DNA of 64,000 nucleotides from Pseudomonadales bacterium (GTDB taxonomy: Bacteria > Pseudomonadota > Gammaproteobacteria > Pseudomonadales > UBA7239): the NCBI GenBank assembly GCA_046347205.1, contig JAXMGN010000001.1, forward strand, positions 256,902 to 320,901, in the 5' to 3' direction. Positions 29,802 to 38,032 of the stretch are shown one piece after another. The notes below the pieces were generated by a model. The model did not search any database. It was given only the letters and a program-made list of their open reading frames with translations, and had not been told where the DNA came from. A program made the translations under genes and the position numbers. Numbering within the stretch: position 1 is the stretch's first letter; each line of letters begins with the position of its first letter.

Positions 29802-31526
29802 TCAGCGCAGCGCAGTTACACAGCGCGGTATCCCATTGTGTAACACCATTAATTTTGCAGCCTGATCCGTCCGAGCAATGCCATACGCATTACCAGCGCT
29901 ATACCTCACGCCAGTAACGCGTGGTAAGACACTGGCACGCACCGGGTGCAGCAAACCAAGCACAACGCCCGCTCCGTCTGCGATAACACCGTAATCCCAA
30001 GCACCCTCATCCAACTGACCATACCAGTACTCACCCACAACTGCCGTTGCTGCATTCGCGACGACGGCGTACCGAGCGGCATCTGGGTAGCCATTCACGT
30101 CCAATACATCAGCTTTCTGTACCTGTCCTTGACGCACCACGAACCAATGGCAAATTGGCACATCCACATCGGCAGGCAATTGCCTCCCCAGCCATTGCGT
30201 AGCGCCATCTGCAAACACATTGCGCTGTGCGGCGCGCAAGTTTTCTAGCACGGGAAACAAATGCGGCAACTTACCCTGCCAGTTCCAGTGCAATGCTTTT
30301 TCCGCATCAGCGGCAACGGGTAAATACACTTGGTATGCGAGCAGTGCGTTATCAACACGTATGCGATATTCCGCCAATCTTGCCCCCCAATCCAATTGCG
30401 AGGGCAACGCCAACACAGGAAATACCAGAAAAAAAAGCCGCGCCCACATTTCACATCCATTTGTTGCCCGGCGGTACAACAATACGCTAACCCCCCACCA
30501 AACCAACAGCGCCCAAATTTGAAAACGATCAACACGAAAATCCAGCACGCCCTCTACGCGTGTCAGCAGCAACAACATGACTGTGCCAAATCCAATCAAA
30601 ATACAGGTGACCGCCATCACATCCAGCGCATCATTGTTCTCTCGTCGCTGCCAACTCTGCCACAACACGCGCAACGCCAAACCACATACAGCAACACCTG
30701 TGCTGACTGCGATCCAGGTCAACGCATTTTCTGACAGCACATGCCATGCGCGTAGCAAATGATAGACAGGACCACCCATTAAAGTGACGGGGAAAGTGAG
30801 TGTTTTCCAACTATTGATGTGCAAGGCACTGCCTACAGCGTCTCCGCCGGGCAACAACAAATACAATGCAAAAAACATTGAGGCTGCAAAGGCAACTACA
30901 CCCCAATAAACACGCGGTGCACGGCAACAGAACAACAACAACCAGGCAATAGGCCACACCAAGATTCCGTTACCAAAACTAAAAGTGGCAACACCACCCA
31001 AAAGTAACGCGATCAATACATTGCGCTGCGAATGGTTTTTTTTCTGAATAGCCCAGTGCAAGAAAAATACAGAAGACACTGTACTGAGTATCGACAGATA
31101 GTTGTTAATGCCGTTAAAACCCCAACCGAGTAGCGCAATATTGATCAACCAGCACAACAGCAAAACCGTCCACCCCATCAAAAAATACTGATGAGTTTTA
31201 TTGGTAACGCATTTTTTTATCTGCCAACACAACACTGCAATCAAGCTGAGATTTAACAGCCAGTCAACTGCAATCAAAAATGTATTTTTCCCGCCAAAAA
31301 CAGCGAGATCAATGTCATACAGCAAAAATGCGAGAATATGGCGATGACCAGAAACCGTGGTGATAGAGGTTTTCCATAAACCCTGATCGAACAACGCGTC
31401 ATACATATGCCATTGATCACGCGACAACGGTGCGACGTGATGAAAAACAATGTAGTACCCCGTGATAGAAAGAAAAATAACCAGCAGTTCCCACCAAAGT
31501 ATTTTTATGAGGCGCTGAGTGTTCAT
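29802..31526 (-). CDS. uncharacterised polytopic inner-membrane protein with a C-terminal soluble domain (GT-C-like architecture)
   Basis: 574-aa ORF. At least 10 hydrophobic helices by eye in residues 1-420, then about 150 non-membrane residues. I recognise no family motif. Confidence 0.6.
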   Translation of the reverse strand: MNTQRLIKILWWELLVIFLSITGYYIVFHHVAPLSRDQWHMYDALFDQGLWKTSITTVSGHRHILAFLLYDIDLAVFGGKNTFLIAVDWLLNLSLIAVLCWQIKKCVTNKTHQYFLMGWTVLLLCWLINIALLGWGFNGINNYLSILSTVSSVFFLHWAIQKKNHSQRNVLIALLLGGVATFSFGNGILVWPIAWLLLFCCRAPRVYWGVVAFAASMFFALYLLLPGGDAVGSALHINSWKTLTFPVTLMGGPVYHLLRAWHVLSENALTWIAVSTGVAVCGLALRVLWQSWQRRENNDALDVMAVTCILIGFGTVMLLLLTRVEGVLDFRVDRFQIWALLVWWGVSVLLYRRATNGCEMWARLFFLVFPVLALPSQLDWGARLAEYRIRVDNALLAYQVYLPVAADAEKALHWNWQGKLPHLFPVLENLRAAQRNVFADGATQWLGRQLPADVDVPICHWFVVRQGQVQKADVLDVNGYPDAARYAVVANAATAVVGEYWYGQLDEGAWDYGVIADGAGVVLGLLHPVRASVLPRVTGVRYSAGNAYGIARTDQAAKLMVLHNGIPRCVTALR

Positions 31527-31544
31527 TGATCAATCCATCGTTTT

Positions 31545-33170
31545 TTATACTTGCAAACGCAAGTGGCTGACACGCAAACCCGTAATCAACAGCGTCAAAG
31601 CATAAATAGCAACGCCAGCACTGCACATAATGGTTAAATAAATAATACGCCATTGCCACGCGTACACAGACCAATCAGACCACTTGTACGATAGTGCACA
31701 CAACAACAACACCATGGATCCATTCGCTGCCACGACCTGCACAATGAATCGCCCCCAACCTTGGGCATAGCGATAAATACCTTGCTTACGCAATGCACGA
31801 AACAACAAACCTGAATTGATATACGCAGCGAGTGCTGTCGCCAAGGCCAAACCCAAATGCCCCATATTCAATGTTTTATCAAATACCCACATAAAACTCA
31901 CATTCATTATTTGTGCAGCCACCACAGAAATCACGGCTATTCGCACTGGCGTTTTCATGTCTTGCCGTGAATAAAATCCAGGGGCAAGAATTTTGATCAT
32001 CATGAACCCAATCAACCCAACGGCGTAGGCACGCATCGCCCACGCAGACATCGCAATATCGTGTGCAGTGGTTTCCCCGTGCTCAAACAATGTACTGAGG
32101 ATGGGCGTTGCCAGCACAATTAGCGCCAAGGCTGCAGGCAAGCCAATCAATACGTTCAAACGAATAGCCCAATCCAGCGTTGCTGAAAATTCACGCGGCG
32201 AGGCAGAAATATGGCTGCGCGACAAACTGGGCAGAATAACTGTTGCAATCGCCACGCCAAATATTCCCAAAGGCAATTCGGAAACACGCTCTGAGTAGTA
32301 CAACCACGCCACACTGCCGGTCGGCAAAAAAGATGCCAAAATAGAATCCATCATCAAATTAATTTGACTTACAGAAACGCCAAATAATGCAGGTACCATT
32401 AATTTCAAAACACGCTGCACACCTTCATGTTTCCAATGCCAACGAGGAATGGGCATCAAGTGAATTTTTTGCATAGATGGCAACTGAAAAACCAATTGCA
32501 CCACACCGGAGATCAACACGCCCCACGCCATAGCAAAAACAGGTTGCTCAAACCACGGCACTGCCACAACCGCTGCAATAATCAACGTGACATTCATCAA
32601 AATAGGCGTGGCGGCTGCAACGGCAAAACGATCGTAAGCATTGAGAACCGAGCTAGCAAAACCCGTCATCGTGATCAAAAATAAGTACGGGAAGGTAATG
32701 CGTAACAATTCGCTGGTTAATCCAAAACGCTCTGGGTCATGCAACCAAAATCCAGGTGCAAACAACACGGTAAACCAAGGTGAAGCAATGACAACCAATA
32801 CACTGATTGCCAATGAAGTACCGCCGAGTACGCCGGCAATATGGTTGATAAGATCACGCACAGCCTGCTGATTGCCGCGCGCACGATATTCTGCCAACAC
32901 CGGTACAAATGCCTGCTGAAAGGCTCCCTCCGCAAACAAACGCCGCAAAAATTGCGGTATGCGGAACGCGAGAAAAAAAGCATCTGCGCCGGGTGTATGA
33001 CCCGCGCCGATAGCATTTGCCAACACAATATCGCGTGCCATTCCTAAGATACGCGAAATCTGCGTCATCACACTGACCATGAAACTGGAACGAAACAGAT
33101 GTCGCGTGGACAGCGGTTTTTCAGGCGTATGCAGATTATTGCTCTGTGCGCTGCTCACAGCGGTTTCCAA
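31545..33170 (-). CDS. murJ: lipid II flippase MurJ (MviN)
   Basis: 541 aa. SRILGMARDIVLANAIGAG..DAFFLAFRIPQFLRRLFAEGAFQQAFVPVL is the MurJ N-terminal signature; about 14 TM segments. Confidence 0.92.
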   Translation of the reverse strand: METAVSSAQSNNLHTPEKPLSTRHLFRSSFMVSVMTQISRILGMARDIVLANAIGAGHTPGADAFFLAFRIPQFLRRLFAEGAFQQAFVPVLAEYRARGNQQAVRDLINHIAGVLGGTSLAISVLVVIASPWFTVLFAPGFWLHDPERFGLTSELLRITFPYLFLITMTGFASSVLNAYDRFAVAAATPILMNVTLIIAAVVAVPWFEQPVFAMAWGVLISGVVQLVFQLPSMQKIHLMPIPRWHWKHEGVQRVLKLMVPALFGVSVSQINLMMDSILASFLPTGSVAWLYYSERVSELPLGIFGVAIATVILPSLSRSHISASPREFSATLDWAIRLNVLIGLPAALALIVLATPILSTLFEHGETTAHDIAMSAWAMRAYAVGLIGFMMIKILAPGFYSRQDMKTPVRIAVISVVAAQIMNVSFMWVFDKTLNMGHLGLALATALAAYINSGLLFRALRKQGIYRYAQGWGRFIVQVVAANGSMVLLLCALSYKWSDWSVYAWQWRIIYLTIMCSAGVAIYALTLLITGLRVSHLRLQV

Positions 33171-33742
33171 TGTGTGAAAAAGTTATCGACGTCCAAAGCA
33201 GGTATTGGTTTGGCCGCGCCAGATGGTGTGCCGAGATACAAAAACCCGAGCAGCCGCTCGTTTTCTGCCAACCCCAGTTTTTTTGCCAGCAACGGCTCGT
33301 ACGTCACCAAACCACTGCGCCACATGGCTCCAACGCCCATGGCATGCGCAACGATCAACATATTTTGTACAGCCGCCGCTGTTGACATGATTTGCTCAAC
33401 GTCAGGTACTTTTGCATGTTCTGAAATGTGCGCAACGATAAGCAATACCAACGGTGCACGCAGTAAGCGGTGAGCTGATTTTTGGCGCTGCACCTCATTC
33501 AACTCACCGTAACATTGCGCCTCTACATCGGCAATGATATGGCCAACCTGCAAACGCTCCTCTCCCTCTACACACAAAAAACGCCACGGACGCAGTTGCC
33601 CATGATCTGGCGCACGCAACGCGGCACGAAAAATGTGTTCGCGCTGTTGTGGCGATGGAGCAGGCTCGGTCAACTCACTCACGGACACGCGGCTGCACAC
33701 AGCCGCAATAACATCATCCGAATGTTGGTTCACATGCACCAT
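33155..33742 (-). CDS. NAD(P)H nitroreductase, YdjA-like
   Basis: EPAPSPQQREHIFRAALRAPDHGQLRPWRF...GFLYLGTP is collinear with E. coli YdjA. The start at MVHVNQ (33742) is preferred. The 3' end overlaps the murJ start by 16 nt. Confidence 0.8.
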   Translation of the reverse strand: MVHVNQHSDDVIAAVCSRVSVSELTEPAPSPQQREHIFRAALRAPDHGQLRPWRFLCVEGEERLQVGHIIADVEAQCYGELNEVQRQKSAHRLLRAPLVLLIVAHISEHAKVPDVEQIMSTAAAVQNMLIVAHAMGVGAMWRSGLVTYEPLLAKKLGLAENERLLGFLYLGTPSGAAKPIPALDVDNFFTHWKPL

Positions 33743-33860
33743 ATCCACACACCTTGATTGAATACGGCGCACTGTAGCGTATCGAGCTGCTAGGAGAAAC
33801 GAGAAATTGCAGCCGCAAAATATGACTGAGAACTACAACGATGGGCTATGTAGCAATGAG

Positions 33861-34550
33861 CTACGGCAGTGGACTACGAGGCGGCGCCGGCAACAACATT
33901 TTCTGCCACTGATGAATTTTATCGACGCGATCTGCAATGCGAACATCATGCGCCAAACGCTCCAGCAAATTCTCTTGCTGTATTGGCAACAAAACCTTCG
34001 CTAGAGCTTCTTTGCCGGCTTTGACCTGATTTGCATCAGCAGCCTCCTGCGAAAATTGCACCACCAGCGCCCACTGTTCTGCGGTGTATATCAATGCTTG
34101 CAAGTACGCTATTTCCGCCTCGCTCAGAGCAGGCAGGTTTTGCGCTTTCGCCACCGTCCACTGCTGTTGCAGCGGAGGAATTCGGTCCGCCAACATGTAC
34201 GCTCTTGCGGCAGCCATTTTTGCTGCACGCTGCCACGCAGCGCGTGCACGCTCTGCTTGTCCAGCTGCCCGCCATGCTCTAGCGGTTTCACTGCGCAGGC
34301 CTTGTGCCTTCAAATCCGACTCAATAGCCTTATCGCCAAACAAACGCGCATTGACAAGATCGCCCTCAGCTTCTGCGCGCAACGCCTTGTTAACGGATTC
34401 ATTGGTGTACCACTCCACTGCCTGTAGCGCGTTTTCTAGGGACTGCGCCTGCGCGGCTGTGGTGTCCACAGCATGGTAGCGTTGTACCAACCACCATGCG
34501 CCACACGCAAGGAGCAGAAACAGGCATAAAGACAAAAAAATACGCATCAA
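33861..34550 (-). CDS. hypothetical membrane-anchored or lipoprotein-like, Ala-rich all-helical protein
   Basis: 229-aa ORF. The N-terminus MMRIFLSLCLFLLLACGAWW is a signal/anchor with a possible LLAC lipobox. The rest is Ala/Gln/Arg-rich with a TPR-like feel; no recognised motif. Confidence 0.5.
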   Translation of the reverse strand: MMRIFLSLCLFLLLACGAWWLVQRYHAVDTTAAQAQSLENALQAVEWYTNESVNKALRAEAEGDLVNARLFGDKAIESDLKAQGLRSETARAWRAAGQAERARAAWQRAAKMAAARAYMLADRIPPLQQQWTVAKAQNLPALSEAEIAYLQALIYTAEQWALVVQFSQEAADANQVKAGKEALAKVLLPIQQENLLERLAHDVRIADRVDKIHQWQKMLLPAPPRSPLP

Positions 34551-34634
34551 TAGTTAGAGCAAAGCGGAAACAGGGGGCGGGTATGATTACAGAACGCCCC
34601 GACAAAACCACTCGCAAAAACCGTTACCGCACTG

Positions 34635-34661
34635 GGTAAAAACCGCTAAGCAGTTTTTACC
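34635..34661 (-). terminator. hairpin immediately 3' of bolA (weak terminator candidate)
   Basis: GGTAAAAAC-9 nt-GTTTTTACC has perfect 9-bp arms and lies 3 nt after the bolA stop. The downstream U-run is weak. Confidence 0.3.
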
Positions 34662-34664
34662 ACG

Positions 34665-34982
34665 CTAGTGCCGATCGTGCTTACTGCCGCCCATGCACTG
34701 CGGAGAAGCAGGTGCCGCACCCTGCGCCTGCCATTCTTCCGACGTATAGGTGTGCAATGCCAGAGCATGAATCTGCTGCATGACATCACCCAAAGCCGCA
34801 TAAACTTTTTGGTGCCGTGCCACTGAGCGCAAACCAGCAAATTGCGCTGACACCAACACCAACTTGAAATGCGATTCACTACCAGCCGGTACGCTGTGCA
34901 TGTAGCTTTCATTAACGATTTCCAGATAATCCGGTGACAGTTTTTCACGCACCAAATTTTCAATCATTTGTTGTTTTTGCAT
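34665..34982 (-). CDS. bolA: BolA family transcriptional regulator / Fe-S assembly factor
   Basis: MQKQQMIENLVREKL..VNESYMHSVPAGSESHFKLVLVS..HALALHTYT is collinear with E. coli BolA. The ORF-track N-terminal extension to 35039 is discarded. Confidence 0.88.
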   Translation of the reverse strand: MQKQQMIENLVREKLSPDYLEIVNESYMHSVPAGSESHFKLVLVSAQFAGLRSVARHQKVYAALGDVMQQIHALALHTYTSEEWQAQGAAPASPQCMGGSKHDRH

Positions 34983-34993
34983 GACGCACTCTG

Positions 34994-35368
34994 TTAAAAA
35001 GGTTTGACGGCGGCGAGAAAACCCATACTCATAAAACACAACAGTGCGACCAACACGCCCGCAGCACGCGCAGTGTTGTTTTTACTCCACTTCATCACAT
35101 ACAACCCGCAAGCGATATACGCCACCAACAACACCAGCTTGGCCAGCAGCCAGTGTTGCACCAGCGGGTTGTAACCGGCGATAACCGCCAGTGCCACACC
35201 ACACAGCAACAATAAACTATCATTGATATGCGGCAGAACTTTTACCGGTTTTTTATTCAGCAGTGTAGATCCTGCAAACTTCAAAGCACTGCGCCCTAAA
35301 AAAGACACCAATGAAATTGCTGCAAACAACATATGTGCTTGCTTGATAATAGGGTAAAGCTCAGTCAT
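34994..35368 (-). CDS. SirB2/YchQ-family small membrane protein
   Basis: About 124 aa and 4 TM segments; KVLPHINDSLLLLCGVALAV..LLAKLVLLVAYI pattern. Its ATG overlaps the bioA stop (ATGACTGA). Confidence 0.65.
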   Translation of the reverse strand: MTELYPIIKQAHMLFAAISLVSFLGRSALKFAGSTLLNKKPVKVLPHINDSLLLLCGVALAVIAGYNPLVQHWLLAKLVLLVAYIACGLYVMKWSKNNTARAAGVLVALLCFMSMGFLAAVKPF

Positions 35369-36641
35369 ACAAATATTCCTCAATAACGCGAATCATTTTC
35401 TGTGTCAAAATTTTCAAGCTGTCATTATCAATGATATACGGTGGCATTACATACACCAATTTACCAAAGGGACGGATCCACACGCCCTTTTCTACAAACA
35501 TTGGCTGTATTTTTTGCATATCAACAGCTTTCTCTAATTCCACCACGCCAATGGCACCCAGTACGCGCACATCGGCTATACCTTGTTTTCCACGCAGCAC
35601 TGAGAGCGATTCTTGCAAGGACTTTTCAATGCGCATCACCTCTTTCTGCCAAGGTTGCGATAACAATAAATCAATGCTGGCATGCGCTACACGACATGCC
35701 AGTGGATTTGCCATGAAAGTGGGACCATGCATCAACACTCTGCTTTCCCCACTGCAAATACGCCGCGCAATAGCTTCTGTCGTCAGAGTTGCCGCCAGTG
35801 TCATATACCCACCGGTCAAAGCCTTACCTACACAAAGAATATCAGGAGCAATATCCGCATGTTCACAGGCAAAAAGTTTTCCTGTGCGGCCAAAGCCGGT
35901 AGCAATCTCATCAGCAATGAACAGCACATCATATTGATGACATAACTCACGCACACGCCGCAGATACTCCGCTGAATAAAACCACATGCCGCCTGCACCC
36001 TGCGCAATCGGCTCCAGTATCACTGCCGCTATATTTTTCCCTTCCTTCTGCAGCAACGCTTCAATCGGCGCAATATCTTTTTCTGTGCAATTCTCTCCAA
36101 AACGACACGATGGCCTCGACACAAAATATTGCTGCATCAATACATCAGAAAACAGATGGTGCATACCGGTCACAGGATCGCACACACTCATGGCAGCAAA
36201 GGTATCGCCGTGATAACCGCCAGACAAACTAACAAACTTTGTGCGCGCTCCCTGCCAATACTGCAGTGCCATTTTCATCGCCACTTCCACAGCGACAGAA
36301 CCAGAATCTGAAAAAAACACGCGCTGCAAGGGCGCAGGAGAAATATCAATCAGTTTTTTTGCCAACAACACGGCAGGCTCGTGTGTCAAACCGCCAAACA
36401 TGACGTGCGCCATTGACTGTACTTGTTCTGTCACCGCTGCATTCAGCACCGGATGACTGTAGCCATGTATCGCGCTCCACCACGAGGACATACCGTCAAT
36501 TAACGAGCGTCCATCCATCAAATGCAACACACAACCCTGTGCAGAATGCACGGAATACAACGGAAAATTGCCATCGACACCCGCATAGGGATGCCAAACG
36601 TATTGTCTGTCCAACGCCAATAGGTTTTCTGTATCTTTCAC
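35361..36641 (-). CDS. bioA: adenosylmethionine-8-amino-7-oxononanoate aminotransferase
   Basis: 426 aa, DRQYVWHPY..SSWW..HGYSHP..DEIATGFGRTGKLFA..GKALTGGY; GTG start. Confidence 0.9.
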   Translation of the reverse strand: MKDTENLLALDRQYVWHPYAGVDGNFPLYSVHSAQGCVLHLMDGRSLIDGMSSWWSAIHGYSHPVLNAAVTEQVQSMAHVMFGGLTHEPAVLLAKKLIDISPAPLQRVFFSDSGSVAVEVAMKMALQYWQGARTKFVSLSGGYHGDTFAAMSVCDPVTGMHHLFSDVLMQQYFVSRPSCRFGENCTEKDIAPIEALLQKEGKNIAAVILEPIAQGAGGMWFYSAEYLRRVRELCHQYDVLFIADEIATGFGRTGKLFACEHADIAPDILCVGKALTGGYMTLAATLTTEAIARRICSGESRVLMHGPTFMANPLACRVAHASIDLLLSQPWQKEVMRIEKSLQESLSVLRGKQGIADVRVLGAIGVVELEKAVDMQKIQPMFVEKGVWIRPFGKLVYVMPPYIIDNDSLKILTQKMIRVIEEYLYD

Positions 36642-37261
36642 TATTTTTTTCTCAACAATGACAGCAACACCGGACGCACCGTTGCCATAATTTCCGGCTG
36701 CACATTGGCCGTAGGGTGCAGATGGTCTGGTTGAAAATGTGTTATATCGCCTGCAATATCTTGCAGAAAAAAAGGAATTACCGCGATGCGGTTTTCCTGC
36801 GCTAGACGCGGATACACTTCAGAAAATTCTTGAACGTAACGCATACCGTAATTGGGTGGCAATTGCATGCCCAACAATAAAATACGACAACCAACTTGCT
36901 TGCCTAAGCTAATCATTGCCTGCAAATTATTACGCAACAGTGCTATCGGCATGCCGCGTAAACCGTCGTTAGCGCCGAGTTCAATTACCAGAACATCTGG
37001 CTTGTGTTTCTTCAATGCATCCGGCAATCGCTTCAAACCATTAGCACTAATTTCTCCACTGACCGATTCATTCACAAACTGATGCTCAGGCAATGTTTTT
37101 TGCAACAACGCAACCCAGCCTTCTTCTTCTCGCATTCCGTAAGCGGCGCTAAGACTGTCGCCAAACACCAGCACCGTTGAAGCACGCACGGGCACCGCCG
37201 CCAAACAGAAAAAAACAAATACAAAAAACACACGCTGCCACAGATAGTCTTTCTTTAACAC
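36641..37261 (-). CDS. tesA: SGNH/GDSL hydrolase: acyl-CoA thioesterase I / lysophospholipase L1
   Basis: 206 aa with a signal peptide, VLVFGDSLSAAYG (block I), GANDGLRG (block III) and DHLHP (block V). Divergent from ybbA-ybbP as in E. coli. Confidence 0.88.
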   Translation of the reverse strand: MLKKDYLWQRVFFVFVFFCLAAVPVRASTVLVFGDSLSAAYGMREEEGWVALLQKTLPEHQFVNESVSGEISANGLKRLPDALKKHKPDVLVIELGANDGLRGMPIALLRNNLQAMISLGKQVGCRILLLGMQLPPNYGMRYVQEFSEVYPRLAQENRIAVIPFFLQDIAGDITHFQPDHLHPTANVQPEIMATVRPVLLSLLRKK

Positions 37262-37336
37262 GACAATTACCTAATGAACACAAAACGAGACACGCCTATA
37301 GTAACCTACCGTTATCGACTGCCACACAATATCGCT

Positions 37337-38032
37337 ATGTCACACTGCATTTTGCAAGCTACCGCTTTAGGGAAAACGGTGCGCACACCGTCGGAAGAAT
37401 TGGTTTTACTGCACGACATCCATTTCACCGTGCATGCTGGCGATAGTGTCGCCATCGTTGGAACGTCCGGCTCCGGAAAATCCACTCTACTCGGCCTTCT
37501 CGCTGGTTTAGATGCGCCCAGCAGCGGAGATATCCATCTCGATGGTCACGCTCTGTCGGCGCTTTCTGAGGAAGAAAAAGCAGTACTGCGTGCAGAAAAA
37601 GTAGGATTTGTCTTTCAAAATTTTCAATTATTGCCATCACTGACCGCACTGGAAAATGTGATGCTGCCACTAGAACTGCGCCAAACACTCACGCGCACGC
37701 AATGCGAGCAATTGGCGTGCAACTTTCTTGAGCGTGTTGGCTTAGCACAACGAATGCACCACTATCCACGGACTTTATCAGGCGGAGAACAACAACGCGT
37801 CGCAATTGCTCGCGCTTTTGTTGGGCAGCCAGCCATTCTCTTTGCCGATGAACCCACCGGCAATCTCGACAGCAAAACAGCTCACCACATTGCCGATCTT
37901 TTGTTTGCACTCAATCAGAACACTGGGACAACGCTGATTCTCGTCACCCATGACGAGAAGTTAGCGGCACGCTGCCAACAACAATGGCGCATGGAAGCAG
38001 GACAACTCATGACCTCCATCGCACCCGCATGA
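37337..38032 (+). CDS. ybbA: ABC transporter ATP-binding protein YbbA (MacB/LolD-like)
   Basis: [11 protein letters not shown] (Walker A), [14 protein letters not shown] (signature), [12 protein letters not shown] (Walker B). The start at MSHCILQ is preferred over the ORF-track 37274. Confidence 0.88.
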   Translation: MSHCILQATALGKTVRTPSEELVLLHDIHFTVHAGDSVAIVGTSGSGKSTLLGLLAGLDAPSSGDIHLDGHALSALSEEEKAVLRAEKVGFVFQNFQLLPSLTALENVMLPLELRQTLTRTQCEQLACNFLERVGLAQRMHHYPRTLSGGEQQRVAIARAFVGQPAILFADEPTGNLDSKTAHHIADLLFALNQNTGTTLILVTHDEKLAARCQQQWRMEAGQLMTSIAPA

